Shown in pieces: positions 63,100 through 64,000 of a stretch of 64,000 nt of DNA (position 1 is the stretch's first letter; each line of letters starts with the position of its first letter). The translations under genes and the position numbers were made by a program. The notes beneath the pieces were generated by a model. That model searched no databases, had not been told where the DNA came from, and saw only the letters and a program-made list of their open reading frames with translations. The stretch comes from Azolla caroliniana. Lineage: Eukaryota > Plantae > Polypodiophyta. Location: positions 496,001 to 560,000 of the forward strand of contig JBHGNT010000020.1 of assembly GCA_043228905.1 (NCBI GenBank). The letters are read 5' to 3'.

Positions 63100-64000
63100 C
63101 CATCCAATGAACTAGAGGAGCTTTGTGAGGTCTCATCCTTATCATCACTGGCAACCAATGGATTGTCTTCATCCAATTGTAATCCAACGTCAATGTGGTC
63201 ATGAGACATGCTTCTTGTTTATCTTTGTGTAGTGGTTGGAGTTGTATTTGGGATCTTCTCTTTTAGTATCTTGATTGGGGTCTGTCTTAGATGGCCTATT
63301 TTGGTCAAGGAGAAGGCATACACTAGTATGTCAACATTATCCAGTGTAAGAGCAGATGTGCTCGGTAGATTCTTTCTTCTTCACTTTCTACTTGTGCCTC
63401 CGACATCCTTAACCATCTCTAAAGAGTACTTTCTAGTGAATGCATCAGGTGAAGAGGTGTGATACCAATGAACCACAATGGACTTAACTTGATAACCCGA
63501 TTCATCCTTCATTATTTCGAAAATTTTTGCAATCCAAAATGGATGACCCAACTCATCATCCCCAGCTAATGTTGCAACCAATATCCCAACTTGTAGCTCA
63601 TGCAAACTGCCTTGCCATCTTGCGTCTATAATACGCGATATTCTTGGTCCCATGTAAATATCTCTCTATTGTGGGTGAACTAGATTATTGAGTTCAACAT
63701 TACCAATTGATTGATGGTTAGCAGGTGAAATTATTGACGGCATACCAATATTCCATGTGAAAGCATTTTGGACTGGCCATACTCCGGCAATGTAGTTTTT
63801 AAAAATTGTATGTTGATGGTTAAAGATGGTATCCCACCAGTCAACATCCTAATCACGAACATACTTCTTGGTGCGCTCAATATTTTTCTGTTTCCCTTCA
63901 AGGCATCACATCCAATATATCTTTTGCTCATCAATTGAGTTAATGTGAACCATTTTTTTATGGTCATCATACGACATTTGTTTTGCACCATGGATTTTTG
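63100..64000 (-). pseudogene. Degenerate protein-coding remnant, probably from a DNA transposon
   Basis: ORF 63381-63653 (GHPFWIAKIFEI..SIVVHWY) flanked by stops; family not identifiable by eye. Confidence 0.4.

Overview
Eukaryotic land-plant genomic DNA. A non-seed plant such as a fern or lycophyte is likely, but that is an inference from the Tcn1-like chromovirus and the repeat style. Three host genes look intact: a GPI-anchored phytocyanin (+, 12949-13839, 2 exons), a full-size ABCG/PDR transporter (-, 21819-30511, ~23 exons) and a bifunctional HPPK-DHPS folate enzyme (+, 53509-55387, 2 exons). The rest is mostly nested, degenerate transposons: Ty1/copia elements (three with both LTRs and 5-bp TSDs), Ty3/gypsy remnants and solo LTRs, a LINE remnant, and hAT-type non-autonomous elements with 8-bp TSDs. 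The most unusual signal: six gypsy-type LTRs from at least two LTR lineages each carry a tRNA-like A-box/B-box cassette in U3. It is always antisense to the LTR TATA box and roughly 85-200 bp upstream of it. Also notable are an LTR-like unit with 39-bp terminal inverted repeats, an inverted pair of hAT elements forming an ~820-bp-arm hairpin, and Leu at the axial Cu-ligand position of the phytocyanin. All alignments were done by eye; no database search was run.
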